The notes under the pieces are model-generated. The model did no database searches. It saw only the letters and a list, made by a program, of their open reading frames with translations, and was not told where the DNA came from. Of a stretch of DNA of 64,000 bases, positions 8,359 through 17,747 are shown in pieces; the first letter of the stretch is position 1, and every line of letters starts with the position of its first letter. The position numbers and the translations under genes are program-made. Origin of the DNA: an uncultured Nitrospiraceae bacterium (GTDB taxonomy: Bacteria > Nitrospirota > 9FT-COMBO-42-15 > HDB-SIOI813); the NCBI GenBank assembly GCA_964611625.1, contig CAZTAM010000002.1, positions 89,168-153,167 of the forward strand. The letters are read 5' to 3'.

Positions 8359-9597
8359 TTAAATGAATTTATGAGTCATGCTGTCGTTTAATATGACCTG
8401 TTCATAAATCTGATTATGCGGTTGATAGGTGCATCTGGGACATTCATTTGCAACCTTAATATTATCATGCATTTTCCAATGGGCATCCCCTCCCCATAAC
8501 CTTTGAATATCGTTAACATCCACTATATTGCTTGCAAGTTCCAGCTTCGAGTCACCTCTTCTGTCGCAGCAAAGCCCAAGGACAAAAGAGTCCGGGGGGG
8601 CATCTTTGTCAGAAGGCGGCGCTATAACAGCTGTCATAAATATTGCGTGACACTTGTTAAAATAGTTTGCCCTGTCAAACTGGTTATTAAATTTATGAGT
8701 AACGCCATAAACCCCGAAGGTCTCATCATCCAGTTCAATGGCCATAGAGATCTGTTCATTGAAATGCTCAATTTCTTCTTTAGTAAAATGAATTTCCTGT
8801 TCAGTGCCAAGATTGTCCCATGTCGTACCAGCCGGACGAAAGTGGATGTTCTTGCATCCGATCTCTTTCGCAATTTTTGCCGCCTGAAAGACCTCTTCAA
8901 TGTTGTCTTTGTAAAGGAGGTACTTGTAGCTGACGCCATATGCAGGGTGTTTGAATCCAAGCCTGTTATTGTGCATTCGTGAATACTCTACAAGAGTGGC
9001 CATGTTTTCAATTATTCTGTCAAATGTGTCGTTATGTGCTGACAACCCCTTTTGCTTATTAAATGTGCCTGATGCTGCCGCATCAACTGATGCCCCTACC
9101 CAAGTACAGTGTGAAAGAGAATCAATGTACTTGTCTATCATTATTCCGTTTGTAACCACTCCCACTTCAATTCCATTATCAATAACTTTATCAATAAAAC
9201 CGGCAATGCCTTTATTTATGAGCGGCTCTCCACCACCAGCAATACAAATGGCCTCCACTCCCGGCTTCCAGTAGCGACTGCCTTCCCCCCAGCGGGGAAG
9301 AAAATCTGCAATACTGGAAAGTGCCTTGTCAGATAACATTCCTTTACGTTCCTTTCGAACAAATTCGGCATTGCACCATACGCAATCCAGGTTACAGACA
9401 TTTGTAGGATCTATAGTAATGAGGATTGGAGGCGGTATAGGCCTCCCTCTTTTTATCTTGTTCCACCTCTCAACATGAGTCAGTAATTTATAACTATTGA
9501 ATGGATTCCATTGCTTGCTAGGATTCCATTCTTTCTTTTTTCCAATCACAGAGACAGATCCTTCTCCGTTTCTTCTTTGAGTAAGCAGATTAGCCAT
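8359..9597 (-). CDS. Radical SAM enzyme (third one; different architecture, Cys-rich C-terminus, possibly SPASM/twitch-like)
   Basis: ITIDPTNVCNLDCVWCNAEF (CxxxCxxC at about residue 73). C-terminal LGLCCDRRGD...CPRCTY cysteines. The start is moved to the ATG at 9597 (MANLLTQ), which has an AGGAG RBS 9 nt upstream; the ORF-track start at 9615 contains the RBS. Confidence 0.7.
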   Translation of the reverse strand: MANLLTQRRNGEGSVSVIGKKKEWNPSKQWNPFNSYKLLTHVERWNKIKRGRPIPPPILITIDPTNVCNLDCVWCNAEFVRKERKGMLSDKALSSIADFLPRWGEGSRYWKPGVEAICIAGGGEPLINKGIAGFIDKVIDNGIEVGVVTNGIMIDKYIDSLSHCTWVGASVDAAASGTFNKQKGLSAHNDTFDRIIENMATLVEYSRMHNNRLGFKHPAYGVSYKYLLYKDNIEEVFQAAKIAKEIGCKNIHFRPAGTTWDNLGTEQEIHFTKEEIEHFNEQISMAIELDDETFGVYGVTHKFNNQFDRANYFNKCHAIFMTAVIAPPSDKDAPPDSFVLGLCCDRRGDSKLELASNIVDVNDIQRLWGGDAHWKMHDNIKVANECPRCTYQPHNQIYEQVILNDSMTHKFI

Positions 9598-10166
9598 ATT
9601 AAATTCTCCTATCATTTATTCATGAGATTCATTCTATAAAGACAGATGAAACAATATATTTCAGAATCTTATTCTTCCCGGCTTGTTTTAAATAACATAT
9701 TGATATATTTGATATTTCTTATTGACAAGATAGGGATATGCAAATCTCCTGCCATGAAAAGTGGCTTCTTTTCAGCTAAAATCGGTAGGGATGTCAGAGC
9801 ATAATCGTAGGTATAACTGCATGATAATTAAGATAAATATTAAATTTATATCAAACCTGGTTTTTTAATTCAGGACAGGGCAGATATGACGCATGTCAAT
9901 GTATTGACAATATTGTTTGACGCAATTCGATGAATACTACGTCCTGAATGTATCCCTCCATAACAGGAAACCTGCGGCCGGGCAACTCCCTGCTCATCAC
10001 CCTTTTACCGTTAAGAAAATAGTAAAATCCTTATCCCTGACAGCCACCATCAATAAACCTTTCTTCCACATCGTTTATATTATTTTTTAGTGGTTTGTTG
10101 CAAAATATCAGGATCAGATCGTTGTTACCATGACATAACGAGCAAAAAAAAGATTGGCAGGGAAAT

Positions 10167-10511
10167 TTAAATATTAAGATTGAAATTCACGCCAGTTTGA
10201 TTATAATTTATATTATTGATGAACAACTTCATCTTAGAAACTGAGCACAAGTTATCAGATAGGGCGTTTAGGTTTGTTTTTATGATATCCTGAATATCAC
10301 CGTCCACAGCCAGGATATTCTTAATTGTTAAGTTTATTGGGCCATGATTAATTATCTCGCTGTTAAGACTTTGAATCTCATCAATGATCATCTGACGCTT
10401 TTCGATATATTCTAACGCTTCATCAAACCTTTCTTCCTGAAGGGCATTTAACAGATTCTCTGCCAGTACAAGTAGTTTTTCGTACAAGCTGCATGCTATT
10501 TCACTACTCAT
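10167..10511 (-). CDS. Small helical protein in the FliT position (putative FliT-like export chaperone)
   Basis: About 114 aa from the internal ATG (MSSEIACSLYEKLLVLAENLL...). That ATG overlaps the fliS stop as ATGA, implying translational coupling. It sits after fliD-fliS. There is no diagnostic motif, so the call rests on position and size. Confidence 0.35.
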   Translation of the reverse strand: MSSEIACSLYEKLLVLAENLLNALQEERFDEALEYIEKRQMIIDEIQSLNSEIINHGPINLTIKNILAVDGDIQDIIKTNLNALSDNLCSVSKMKLFINNINYNQTGVNFNLNI

Positions 10512-10924
10512 ACCCTCAACTCCAGTCCGGTAGAAATTGCCTCTTTGGGAATATCTACCGCGTTCTTCTTGCCAAGATCTTTCCACGCCGACCTTAATAC
10601 ATCAAGTACTTTTTCAGCATCGTCCAGTGCCTTTTCATCATTTTTCATATTGGCGTTGATTAGCCTGTCCATGACAAAATCATAGAGCCTGCTGAGATTT
10701 TTTGCTATCTCTCCGCCTTCCTCCATGTTGAGCGAGTTTATCAACTCCCCGACGACTGATGATGCCTTGCCTATATATAAACCCTTGCCTGCAATGTCAC
10801 CGAGCTCGATCCTTTTTCTTGCAACCTTGATAAAATTAATAGCACCATCATGTAGCATGAAAACAAGCCTTGTCCTGTCTGAAGTATTAACTTCCACCTT
10901 CCTGTATTCTGATAATTGCTGCAT
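10508..10924 (-). CDS. fliS: Flagellar export chaperone FliS
   Basis: MQQLSEYRKVEV..RLVFMLHDGAINFIKVAR..LYIGKASSVVGELINSL is a typical FliS four-helix sequence. It follows fliD. Confidence 0.9.
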   Translation of the reverse strand: MQQLSEYRKVEVNTSDRTRLVFMLHDGAINFIKVARKRIELGDIAGKGLYIGKASSVVGELINSLNMEEGGEIAKNLSRLYDFVMDRLINANMKNDEKALDDAEKVLDVLRSAWKDLGKKNAVDIPKEAISTGLELRV

Positions 10925-10944
10925 GTTATTTGCCTCCCTATTAT

Positions 10945-12339
10945 TTATTTATTCCATCTTGTAATTTGACTGCTCAGAAATGAGCTTTGTGATGTTAGTC
11001 CACTTAGAAGTGATTCCAACGCTGAAAATCGTCTTCGCAGATCATCCTCTGTTTTTTCCAATCTTGTTTCAAGGTTTTTAATATTACTTGCAATACTTGT
11101 AACGACTGATTGAAGACCACTTTTTCTGATGGTCAGGGCGCCATCTGTGGTTTTTGTGATTGTGTCAGCGTAACTCCACATCTGGTTGGCTATGCCGGTA
11201 GTAGTTGCTGTGAATAGCTTTGCCACATCGTCAATTTTTGAGGAAAGCTTATCACCCAGTGTGGTGCTGTTTATAGTAAGTTGTCCATCCTTTGAATTGG
11301 TAGTTATACCTATTTCCGAGAGGGAATCCACATCAGCTGAAGCGGCGGAAACAGTGCTAATTGCCATCTCCTTCAATCTTCTTACCACGTCTCGTGCCGT
11401 CGAATCACCGAGTAAAGGCCCTCCTATCCTGGTAGTGCTGTTCCATGTTGATTTGGCAGCTACATAATTAATTACATCGTTATACGCATTTACAAAGTCG
11501 CTGATCTTTTTCTTAATCGAGTCCGTATCGTTTGTAACTGAAATAGTAGCTGAGCTAGTGGATTCCATTTTAAGAGTAATGGTTAATCCAGAAATAACAT
11601 CTGACACATCATTCGAGCTGCTTGTTATGTCAATACCATTTATCCTGAGTTTGGCATCCTGGGCGGACTGATTAGTGGTAAATGCACCACTGGTAAAATT
11701 TACTGTACTGCCTGTGCCATCCAGGGTTGTTCCGGAATCAATGCTGATGACCTTTGTGCTGCCGCTATCAGCGCCAGTAAGAGCCAATTTGTAAACAGTA
11801 CCATCATATATTATCGTAGCATTAACACCAGGGTTGCTTGTATCACTATTGATTAGGTCCCTCAGACCTTCAAGGGTAGTACCGTCTGAAACTGTTAGTG
11901 ATCTCTGGGTGCCTGCATAGGTATACTGAAAGACTTTATCTGAACCACTGCCGTTTACTGTTGTAGTAATGGCTGCAGTGCCGGCCGTATGCGATTTCTG
12001 CTCCACCTGGGCGAGCTGTATCTTACCTGCAATTGAATGAGATGATATATTATAGCTCCCGGCAGCAGCAGTATTCGTAACCGCCGCATCTAATAAAGTA
12101 CTGTCACTTACAGATGCCTTTTTTGCATAAAAGTTGGAAGTAGTCCTCAGTGCGTCAGTGGCGGTCTTAAATGCCGAGACTTTTGACGCGAGGTCGCTAT
12201 AAACTGTTATTTTATCATTGTAGGCAGTCTGTTTGCTTTGGAGTAGTTTAACAGGCCTGCGCTCTAACTCCATAAGCTTTGAGATTATTTCTTCTGCATT
12301 AATTCCGGAACTTAGACCTGAAACAGAAAAAGTAGACAT
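10945..12339 (-). CDS. fliD: Flagellar filament cap protein FliD
   Basis: MSTFSVSGLSSGINAEEIISKLMELERRPVKLLQSKQTAYNDKITVYSDL is the canonical FliD N-terminus. 464 aa. Confidence 0.9.
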   Translation of the reverse strand: MSTFSVSGLSSGINAEEIISKLMELERRPVKLLQSKQTAYNDKITVYSDLASKVSAFKTATDALRTTSNFYAKKASVSDSTLLDAAVTNTAAAGSYNISSHSIAGKIQLAQVEQKSHTAGTAAITTTVNGSGSDKVFQYTYAGTQRSLTVSDGTTLEGLRDLINSDTSNPGVNATIIYDGTVYKLALTGADSGSTKVISIDSGTTLDGTGSTVNFTSGAFTTNQSAQDAKLRINGIDITSSSNDVSDVISGLTITLKMESTSSATISVTNDTDSIKKKISDFVNAYNDVINYVAAKSTWNSTTRIGGPLLGDSTARDVVRRLKEMAISTVSAASADVDSLSEIGITTNSKDGQLTINSTTLGDKLSSKIDDVAKLFTATTTGIANQMWSYADTITKTTDGALTIRKSGLQSVVTSIASNIKNLETRLEKTEDDLRRRFSALESLLSGLTSQSSFLSSQITRWNK

Positions 12340-12370
12340 CCATCACGCCCCTTCATCATAATAATAATAC

Positions 12371-12727
12371 TTATGCAACTACTTCAAATAAGTGTCCTTC
12401 ATGTTCCGTGATCTTCCTGGAATGCTCAACAAACTCCTCCGAAGGTATTTGCCTGATTACATCTCCGCTCTCTTTATCAATAATCTTGACTATTACCATA
12501 TCTACATCATTGTCAATCTCAAATCTGATAGTCCTGTTGTAATAACGTTCAAGATTGGAAATAGCATCTGATATCTCTTTTTTGCTTATTTTATGATTTG
12601 TCCTGTCCTGTGCCGGAAGCGATACAGAGACATCCTTATTCTCATCTCCATTATTCTTTACGACCTTTGACATGACAGTGTTGTCATGATTTCCCACTGT
12701 TATTGCATTAATAGTGTTATCGTTCAT
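12371..12727 (-). CDS. flaG: FlaG family protein
   Basis: ...RFEIDNDVDMVIVKIIDKESGDVIRQIPSEEFV is the FlaG signature. It lies between the flagellin gene and fliD. The internal ATG at 12727 (MNDNTIN) has a GGAG RBS, so the exact start is uncertain. Confidence 0.7.
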   Translation of the reverse strand: MNDNTINAITVGNHDNTVMSKVVKNNGDENKDVSVSLPAQDRTNHKISKKEISDAISNLERYYNRTIRFEIDNDVDMVIVKIIDKESGDVIRQIPSEEFVEHSRKITEHEGHLFEVVA

Positions 12728-12810
12728 TATGGCTTTACTCCGGGAATATGGGGAAGGCAAAGTCAGCAACCCTCCCCATACCCTTATTTATTCGATATTA
12801 CACAGATGTC

Positions 12811-13666
12811 CTATTTTAAGAGCTGTAGCGCCATCTGTGGAATCGTATTAGCCTGTGCTAAAACAGCCATTGAAGCCTGCGTTAATATCTGGTTTTTGGT
12901 GAATATAGCCGTCTCCATTGCGAAATCAGCATCCCTGATACGAGACTCTGCTGCTGAGAAATTCTCAGAAGCTATCCTCAAATTAGAGATCGTTATCTCC
13001 AGCCTGTTCTGAGAGGCGCCAATATCACCCCTCTTACCTGCAACGTTTGAAATTGCACTGTCAATCATGGATAGAGCTGTGGCTGCACTTGCGACAACAG
13101 AGATTGTTGTAGCGGCGCCTGTAAGTCCGAGGGCGCTCTGAGCGTGCAGAGAACCAGCAGCACTAAGTCCTGAAAGAACCGCTACTGTGTTGCCGCTTGC
13201 GTTCTGGAATCCTACCTGCAATGATATGCCTGTTGCACTGAGTGTACCATTCAGCAGTTTCGTTCCGTTAAATTCGGTAACATCAGCAATCCTGTTTATC
13301 TCTGCCGTCAGCGACTGATATTCCTGGTCAAGCTTTCCTCTTTCTGTATCGCCGAGGCTTCCATTGGCTGCCTGCTGTGCCAATTCCCTCATTCTGATCA
13401 GTATGTTGCTTATCTCACCCATGGCGCCCTCTGCCACCTGTGTAAGACTCACCCCATCCTGAGAGTTTCTGATTGCCTGATTGATGCTTCGGCCATGGGC
13501 CCTTAACTTCTCTGAAATGGCCAGACCTGCGGCATCATCCTTTGCAGAATTAATCCTGAGACCTGAAGACAGTCTCTGTATCGAAAGGGTTAGAGATTCG
13601 TTGTTTTTTGTAAGGCTTCTTTGAGCTGTAAGAGATGCAAAGTTCGTATTGATTACTAATGCCATG
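12811..13666 (-). CDS. fliC: Flagellin
   Basis: MALVINTNFASLTAQRSLTKNNESLTLSIQRLSSGLRINSAKDDAAGLAISE and C-terminal ...NTIPQMALQLLK are the conserved flagellin N- and C-terminal domains. A strong GGGAGGAAAG RBS precedes the ATG at 13666; the ORF-track start at 13698 is upstream of the RBS. The protein is short, about 285 aa. Confidence 0.92.
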
Positions 13667-13802
13667 TTACTTTCCTCCCTGTTTTTTGTTGATACCAAAC
13701 CTGTGTTGGTTGGTATTGGGCGTCCTTGCCCTTGTTAGTTACTATGTTTATTCACCTCCTTCTTTTTTTTTATTTTAAATGTAATTGTCCTGTTGGCTTG
13801 TT

Positions 13803-13829
13803 TTTTCGGAATACTATCAGGAAACTTTA
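13803..13829 (-). promoter_or_regulatory. Sigma-28 (FliA)-type promoter for the flagellin operon
   Basis: The minus strand reads TAAAGTTT-N11-TCCGAAAA against the consensus TAAAGTTT-N11-GCCGATAA. It lies about 140 nt upstream of the flagellin ATG. The match was made by eye. Confidence 0.5.
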
Positions 13830-13908
13830 GACATTGTTTTTATGCCATAGTCGTTTTACAGCATTATACAGCACGCATGCAGGGAGCAGAGTATTAAGGG
13901 GATAAGTT

Positions 13909-14361
13909 CTAAGGACTGGGGACAGATATATCTTGTAATACAGGATATCGCAGCGGGTATTTTTCACCTGACAAAACTATCTGTTTTGCCTCAAGCGTCT
14001 TAAGATTTACAATAAGAGGTCCCTGGAGATTTACCGTCATCAGTTCCGGCATTTCATGGGGTATGGTTACTATTGCAAATATGCTGTATCCGTTGTGGCT
14101 GTTTATATTAAGTTCTCTCAAGTCATGCACCTCTATATCACTAAAATATTCAGAACAGAAGAGCAAAGGGTCCATTACCACAAATGTCAGATCAGGATCA
14201 TCTACCGCCTGAAGCCATTTGAACGGTATTTCAGGGTTATTCAAAGTATCTAATACGACGAATCTTTTTACATCAGGAAAACCAAGTAAGCCACTGTGAA
14301 ATGTTATAACCTTATCTTTATCTATTTCAATTTCGCCAAATCGGGATGTACAGATTTTCAT
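13909..14361 (-). CDS. fliW: Flagellar assembly factor FliW
   Basis: MKICTSRFGEIEIDKDKVITFHSGLLGFPDVKRFVVLDTL...FKWLQAVDDPDLTFVVMDP is the FliW family signature. Confidence 0.88.
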   Translation of the reverse strand: MKICTSRFGEIEIDKDKVITFHSGLLGFPDVKRFVVLDTLNNPEIPFKWLQAVDDPDLTFVVMDPLLFCSEYFSDIEVHDLRELNINSHNGYSIFAIVTIPHEMPELMTVNLQGPLIVNLKTLEAKQIVLSGEKYPLRYPVLQDISVPSP

Positions 14362-14370
14362 ATACCTGCC

Positions 14371-14613
14371 TTATGATCCTTTTCTTTTATCTGTCCACAG
14401 ATTGAATAGTCTTTGCATATGCTCTGTTGTCGAAGCAGCGGCCTTTATATTTTCTTCTTTGATCTTTTCATAAATCTCGTCACGATGAACTTTTGTATCT
14501 TTTGGGGCATCTATACCAATACTGACCTGATTCCCTTTTATCTCCAGGATGACAATTCTTATGTCCTTGCCAATCCAGATCCCTTCGCCTGACCTCCTTG
14601 TCAGAATTAACAT
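14371..14613 (-). CDS. csrA: Carbon storage regulator CsrA (flagellar type)
   Basis: [51 protein letters not shown] is the CsrA signature. The start is moved to the internal Met at 14613; the ORF-track start is at 14631. Confidence 0.9.
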   Translation of the reverse strand: MLILTRRSGEGIWIGKDIRIVILEIKGNQVSIGIDAPKDTKVHRDEIYEKIKEENIKAAASTTEHMQRLFNLWTDKRKGS

Positions 14614-14648
14614 CATCGCCCTCCTTGGCACTTCATTTAATTATCATT

Positions 14649-15542
14649 TCACCTCAGAAAATCCATAATTGATTGTTGCAGCACTCTGGCTGCCGTTGCC
14701 CTAGATATTTCGAGCATATTCTGCTGCAAGGCTAGTTGTGATATCAAGCTTGTAATATCTGCATCCTCTGTATCACTCCTATACTTTAATAGATTATATT
14801 GCAATGTGTCTATATGGTTCTTTGCAAGCTCCAGCCTGCTTAATTTCACGCCAATCTCTGCACGCCTGTCGTTAATCTGATCCATCCCGGTATCAAGTTT
14901 TGTCATTGCAGCGCCAATAGCAGCAGTATCATTATCATTCATTGCTGTCTTAAGATCACCCATAGCAGCAAGTATATCTGTACCATCACCTGAAGAACCA
15001 AAAACAGCATAACCTGGAATATTTATTGACATGGTGTTTCCGGCATCTATTTCCACATCCATAAATCCATCATCGGAAGAAGTTCCGGTATAATTGCCTG
15101 CATCATCATAAGGTGCAACATCCGTCCTGAAACCTGCAAAGATGTATCTGTTATCATATGTTGTATTTGCTGTTTGCTTCACCTGTTCATATAACTGATC
15201 AACCTCCATAGCCATGGTTCTTCTGTCAGCGGCGCTATATGTCCCGTTGAGGGCAGACAATGCGAGCTCTTTTGCCCGCAGAAGCACATCCTGTGTCGCG
15301 GATACTGCAGTCTCAGTTGCATTCAGGAATGCAGCAGCATTATCTATATTTCGTTGATATTGTCCTGCTTTTGCAATGGCCGAATTATAGTTGATGACTC
15401 TTGCAGCTCCTGCAGGATCATCTGAAGGTTTATTTAACTTCTTACCGGATGAGACGCTGTTCTGGAGGTCCAGTAACTTCTCTGAGTTCCTCTGCATATT
15501 CCCCATAACAGTGTTATAAAGTACTTTACTTGAAACGCGCAT
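14649..15542 (-). CDS. flgL: Hook-filament junction protein FlgL (HAP3)
   Basis: MRVSSKVLYNTVMGNMQRNSEKLLDLQNSVSSGKKLNKPSDDP is flagellin-like. The C-terminus ...ATAARVLQQSIMDFLR is the FlgL end. Confidence 0.88.
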   Translation of the reverse strand: MRVSSKVLYNTVMGNMQRNSEKLLDLQNSVSSGKKLNKPSDDPAGAARVINYNSAIAKAGQYQRNIDNAAAFLNATETAVSATQDVLLRAKELALSALNGTYSAADRRTMAMEVDQLYEQVKQTANTTYDNRYIFAGFRTDVAPYDDAGNYTGTSSDDGFMDVEIDAGNTMSINIPGYAVFGSSGDGTDILAAMGDLKTAMNDNDTAAIGAAMTKLDTGMDQINDRRAEIGVKLSRLELAKNHIDTLQYNLLKYRSDTEDADITSLISQLALQQNMLEISRATAARVLQQSIMDFLR

Positions 15543-15562
15543 CTCTTATGTCCTTTTCCATC

Positions 15563-17245
15563 CTATCTCAGTATACCCAACAGGGTTTCCAATAACTCAT
15601 CGCCTATTCTAATCAGTCTTGCCGATGCTTCATATGCATGCTGATATTTCATGAGGTTTGCCATCTCTTCATCTATTGATACGCCTGAAACTGACTCCCT
15701 CATATTATGCAATTGTTCAGATGAAAACTCCTGCGCAGCATACTGATTATTGATGTACTGAGATTTGACACCTATCCTTCCCACAATAGAACCATAATAA
15801 CTGCTGAAACTTGAGTTTCCGTCTATCGTCAATCTATCCTGAAGTTGTGCAAGTGCAAGTGAATTCCTGTTATCACCCCTGCTGTCGCTTGTGGCTGCAG
15901 CCGCAGCAGCAATTTTGGAAGTTTCACTCATATCTAACGCTCCGCGGATATTTTTCGCAGTGTTTGCATGAGCACTTATAGAATATTTATCCCCGTCGGC
16001 AAAACTCCCGGATATCGTGACAGAAAGCCCTTCAAAAGTAAAGCTGGAAGAACCAGAATAAACTGCAGTACTGGAGGCATTTGTACTTTTATTAACAATG
16101 GTGTAATTTCCTGAGGAAAATAAGAGTTCATAGTTATTAAATTTCAGGGCAGCAGGATCGTCAATCGTAATAGTCATACTCCCTGTACCTGCATTTTTCA
16201 ATGCCTTTACAGATCCAACATCCTGAGACAATACATCGCCTGCTTTAAATGATGGGGAAAATATGTCAATCCCGGTAGAACCATCAAGCCCATACCCGGC
16301 CCTGTGAACTTCATTTACACTTCTTGCAATTGAAGCGGTCAATCTGTCAAGTTCAGACATGGCTTCCCAAGTTTCACCATCTCTCACCGACAGAAATCCT
16401 TTAAGTCTGCCATTGGAAATACTGCCTGTCAAATTCAGAATATTATTGTTATTAGGGGAATATACAATGTCATAGTAGCCATAGTTGTCAGGATTACTTT
16501 TCGTGTCCAGTTCCCATGAATTTCCTGTTTCAACTAAAGTTGCCATTCCTCCGCCAATTACGGTAATCTGACCTGAATTATCCTCAAAATATTTAATATC
16601 TATCTTCTCAGCCAGCTCATTCAGAAGTCTTCCACGCATATCCCGGAAATCATTTGCATTCTGTCCGTTAACCTCTGCCCTTGCTATCTCAACATTGATT
16701 GACGCAATCTGAGATGATATATTATTAATATCATTGACCATATTACGTACCTGAGCATTCATATCCTTCTGCAATTGTTCCAGCCTGAGATATACGCTAT
16801 TGACAGCATCCGAAAGGGCATCAGCGTTGGCTATAATTGAGATCCTTTCTGCCGTCCCTGCAGGATTTGCCGATAAATCATGTAAGGAGTTAAAGAACTT
16901 ACTCAGCAACTCATTTATGCCTGTACCTGTGGACTCATAAAAAAGACTTTCAATACTGGAAATAGCATTTTTTTGAACATCTAAATTTCCAAGAGTTTCC
17001 CTGCTGTCTGTAAGCTGACCTTCCAGAAAACTGTCGTATTTTCTTCTTATAACAGTTGCATTAACTCCAGTTCCTGACTGGCCAGGACTGCTGTTGAGCG
17101 GCATGCCCTCCTCAAGAATTACTTCCTGCCTCGAATATCCTTCAGTATTGACATTTGCAAGATTATGGGCAGTTACCTGAATGGCTTTCTGCTGTGCCAT
17201 CATGCCATGCTTGCCTATGTTGAATATGTTATAAATACTGCTCAT
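15563..17245 (-). CDS. flgK: Hook-associated protein FlgK (HAP1)
   Basis: ...AIQVTAHNLANVNTEGYSRQE and C-terminal ...ANLMKYQHAYEASARLIRIGDELLETLLGI are FlgK motifs. Confidence 0.9.
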   Translation of the reverse strand: MSSIYNIFNIGKHGMMAQQKAIQVTAHNLANVNTEGYSRQEVILEEGMPLNSSPGQSGTGVNATVIRRKYDSFLEGQLTDSRETLGNLDVQKNAISSIESLFYESTGTGINELLSKFFNSLHDLSANPAGTAERISIIANADALSDAVNSVYLRLEQLQKDMNAQVRNMVNDINNISSQIASINVEIARAEVNGQNANDFRDMRGRLLNELAEKIDIKYFEDNSGQITVIGGGMATLVETGNSWELDTKSNPDNYGYYDIVYSPNNNNILNLTGSISNGRLKGFLSVRDGETWEAMSELDRLTASIARSVNEVHRAGYGLDGSTGIDIFSPSFKAGDVLSQDVGSVKALKNAGTGSMTITIDDPAALKFNNYELLFSSGNYTIVNKSTNASSTAVYSGSSSFTFEGLSVTISGSFADGDKYSISAHANTAKNIRGALDMSETSKIAAAAAATSDSRGDNRNSLALAQLQDRLTIDGNSSFSSYYGSIVGRIGVKSQYINNQYAAQEFSSEQLHNMRESVSGVSIDEEMANLMKYQHAYEASARLIRIGDELLETLLGILR

Positions 17246-17246
17246 A

Positions 17247-17744
17247 TTACCCTTTTTTGCAAACCATTGTTCCGACCATGCTATCCTGAGCTATCCGGCC
17301 TGATTGATGATAAACCGGCAATTGGCTGACAAGACGATTGAGAAATGACAGAGAGTTTCTTGTATAGTTTATCGCCCTGTCGGCAAGTATCCCGTTTATC
17401 TGATTAATCTCTTTTATGCTTTCAACTAATGACTTAAGATTCGACTGACAGGATTCCATTCCTTTTCTGTATCTCAGCGGCGAATTGCCTATTATAAAAG
17501 ACAATGTTGCAGTGAAATCAGGATTACTTTCACCTTGTATGTCTGCGATAACCTCAACCCTTGCATCTTCCAGTACCTTAAGATTAAATATTATCGTTTC
17601 CTTCTGATTGTGACATTCATGCAATTTATCCAGAGACAGATCAATCATATATTGTCTTTCCTTCTGGAGAAGAGTAAGGAAGTCCCTGAATAACCCCACT
17701 TCCTTCTCCAATATTTCCAGAAGATCTGAATATTTATCGTCCAT
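17247..17744 (-). CDS. flgN: FlgN-like flagellar chaperone
   Basis: A 165-aa helical protein, LLEILEKEVGLFRDFLTLLQKERQYMIDLSLDKL, between flgM and flgK, the same context as B. subtilis yvyG/flgN. Confidence 0.6.
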   Translation of the reverse strand: MDDKYSDLLEILEKEVGLFRDFLTLLQKERQYMIDLSLDKLHECHNQKETIIFNLKVLEDARVEVIADIQGESNPDFTATLSFIIGNSPLRYRKGMESCQSNLKSLVESIKEINQINGILADRAINYTRNSLSFLNRLVSQLPVYHQSGRIAQDSMVGTMVCKKG

Positions 17745-17747
17745 TGA

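Noticed and set aside
8503-8982. Plus and minus ORFs (8503..8982+, 8634..8960-, 8951..9274+, 9216..9401-) inside the third radical-SAM gene
   Set aside because: They are alternative frames or antisense of a well-supported CDS with a clear CxxxCxxC motif and RBS, and they have no independent support.
9616-10166. Sigma-28-like (TAAA..GCCGGGAA) and sigma-70-like hexamers in the long intergenic region
   Set aside because: The spacings do not fit consensus (6 nt instead of 15 for the sigma-28-like match), and the TTGACA hexamers lack a matching -10. They are not reported as promoters.
12745-12790. Possible terminator hairpin after the flagellin gene
   Set aside because: The stem has only 8 bp with a G-U pair and a 12-nt loop, and no U-tract follows. 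It is kept only as a possible attenuator within the CsrA finding, not as a terminator feature.
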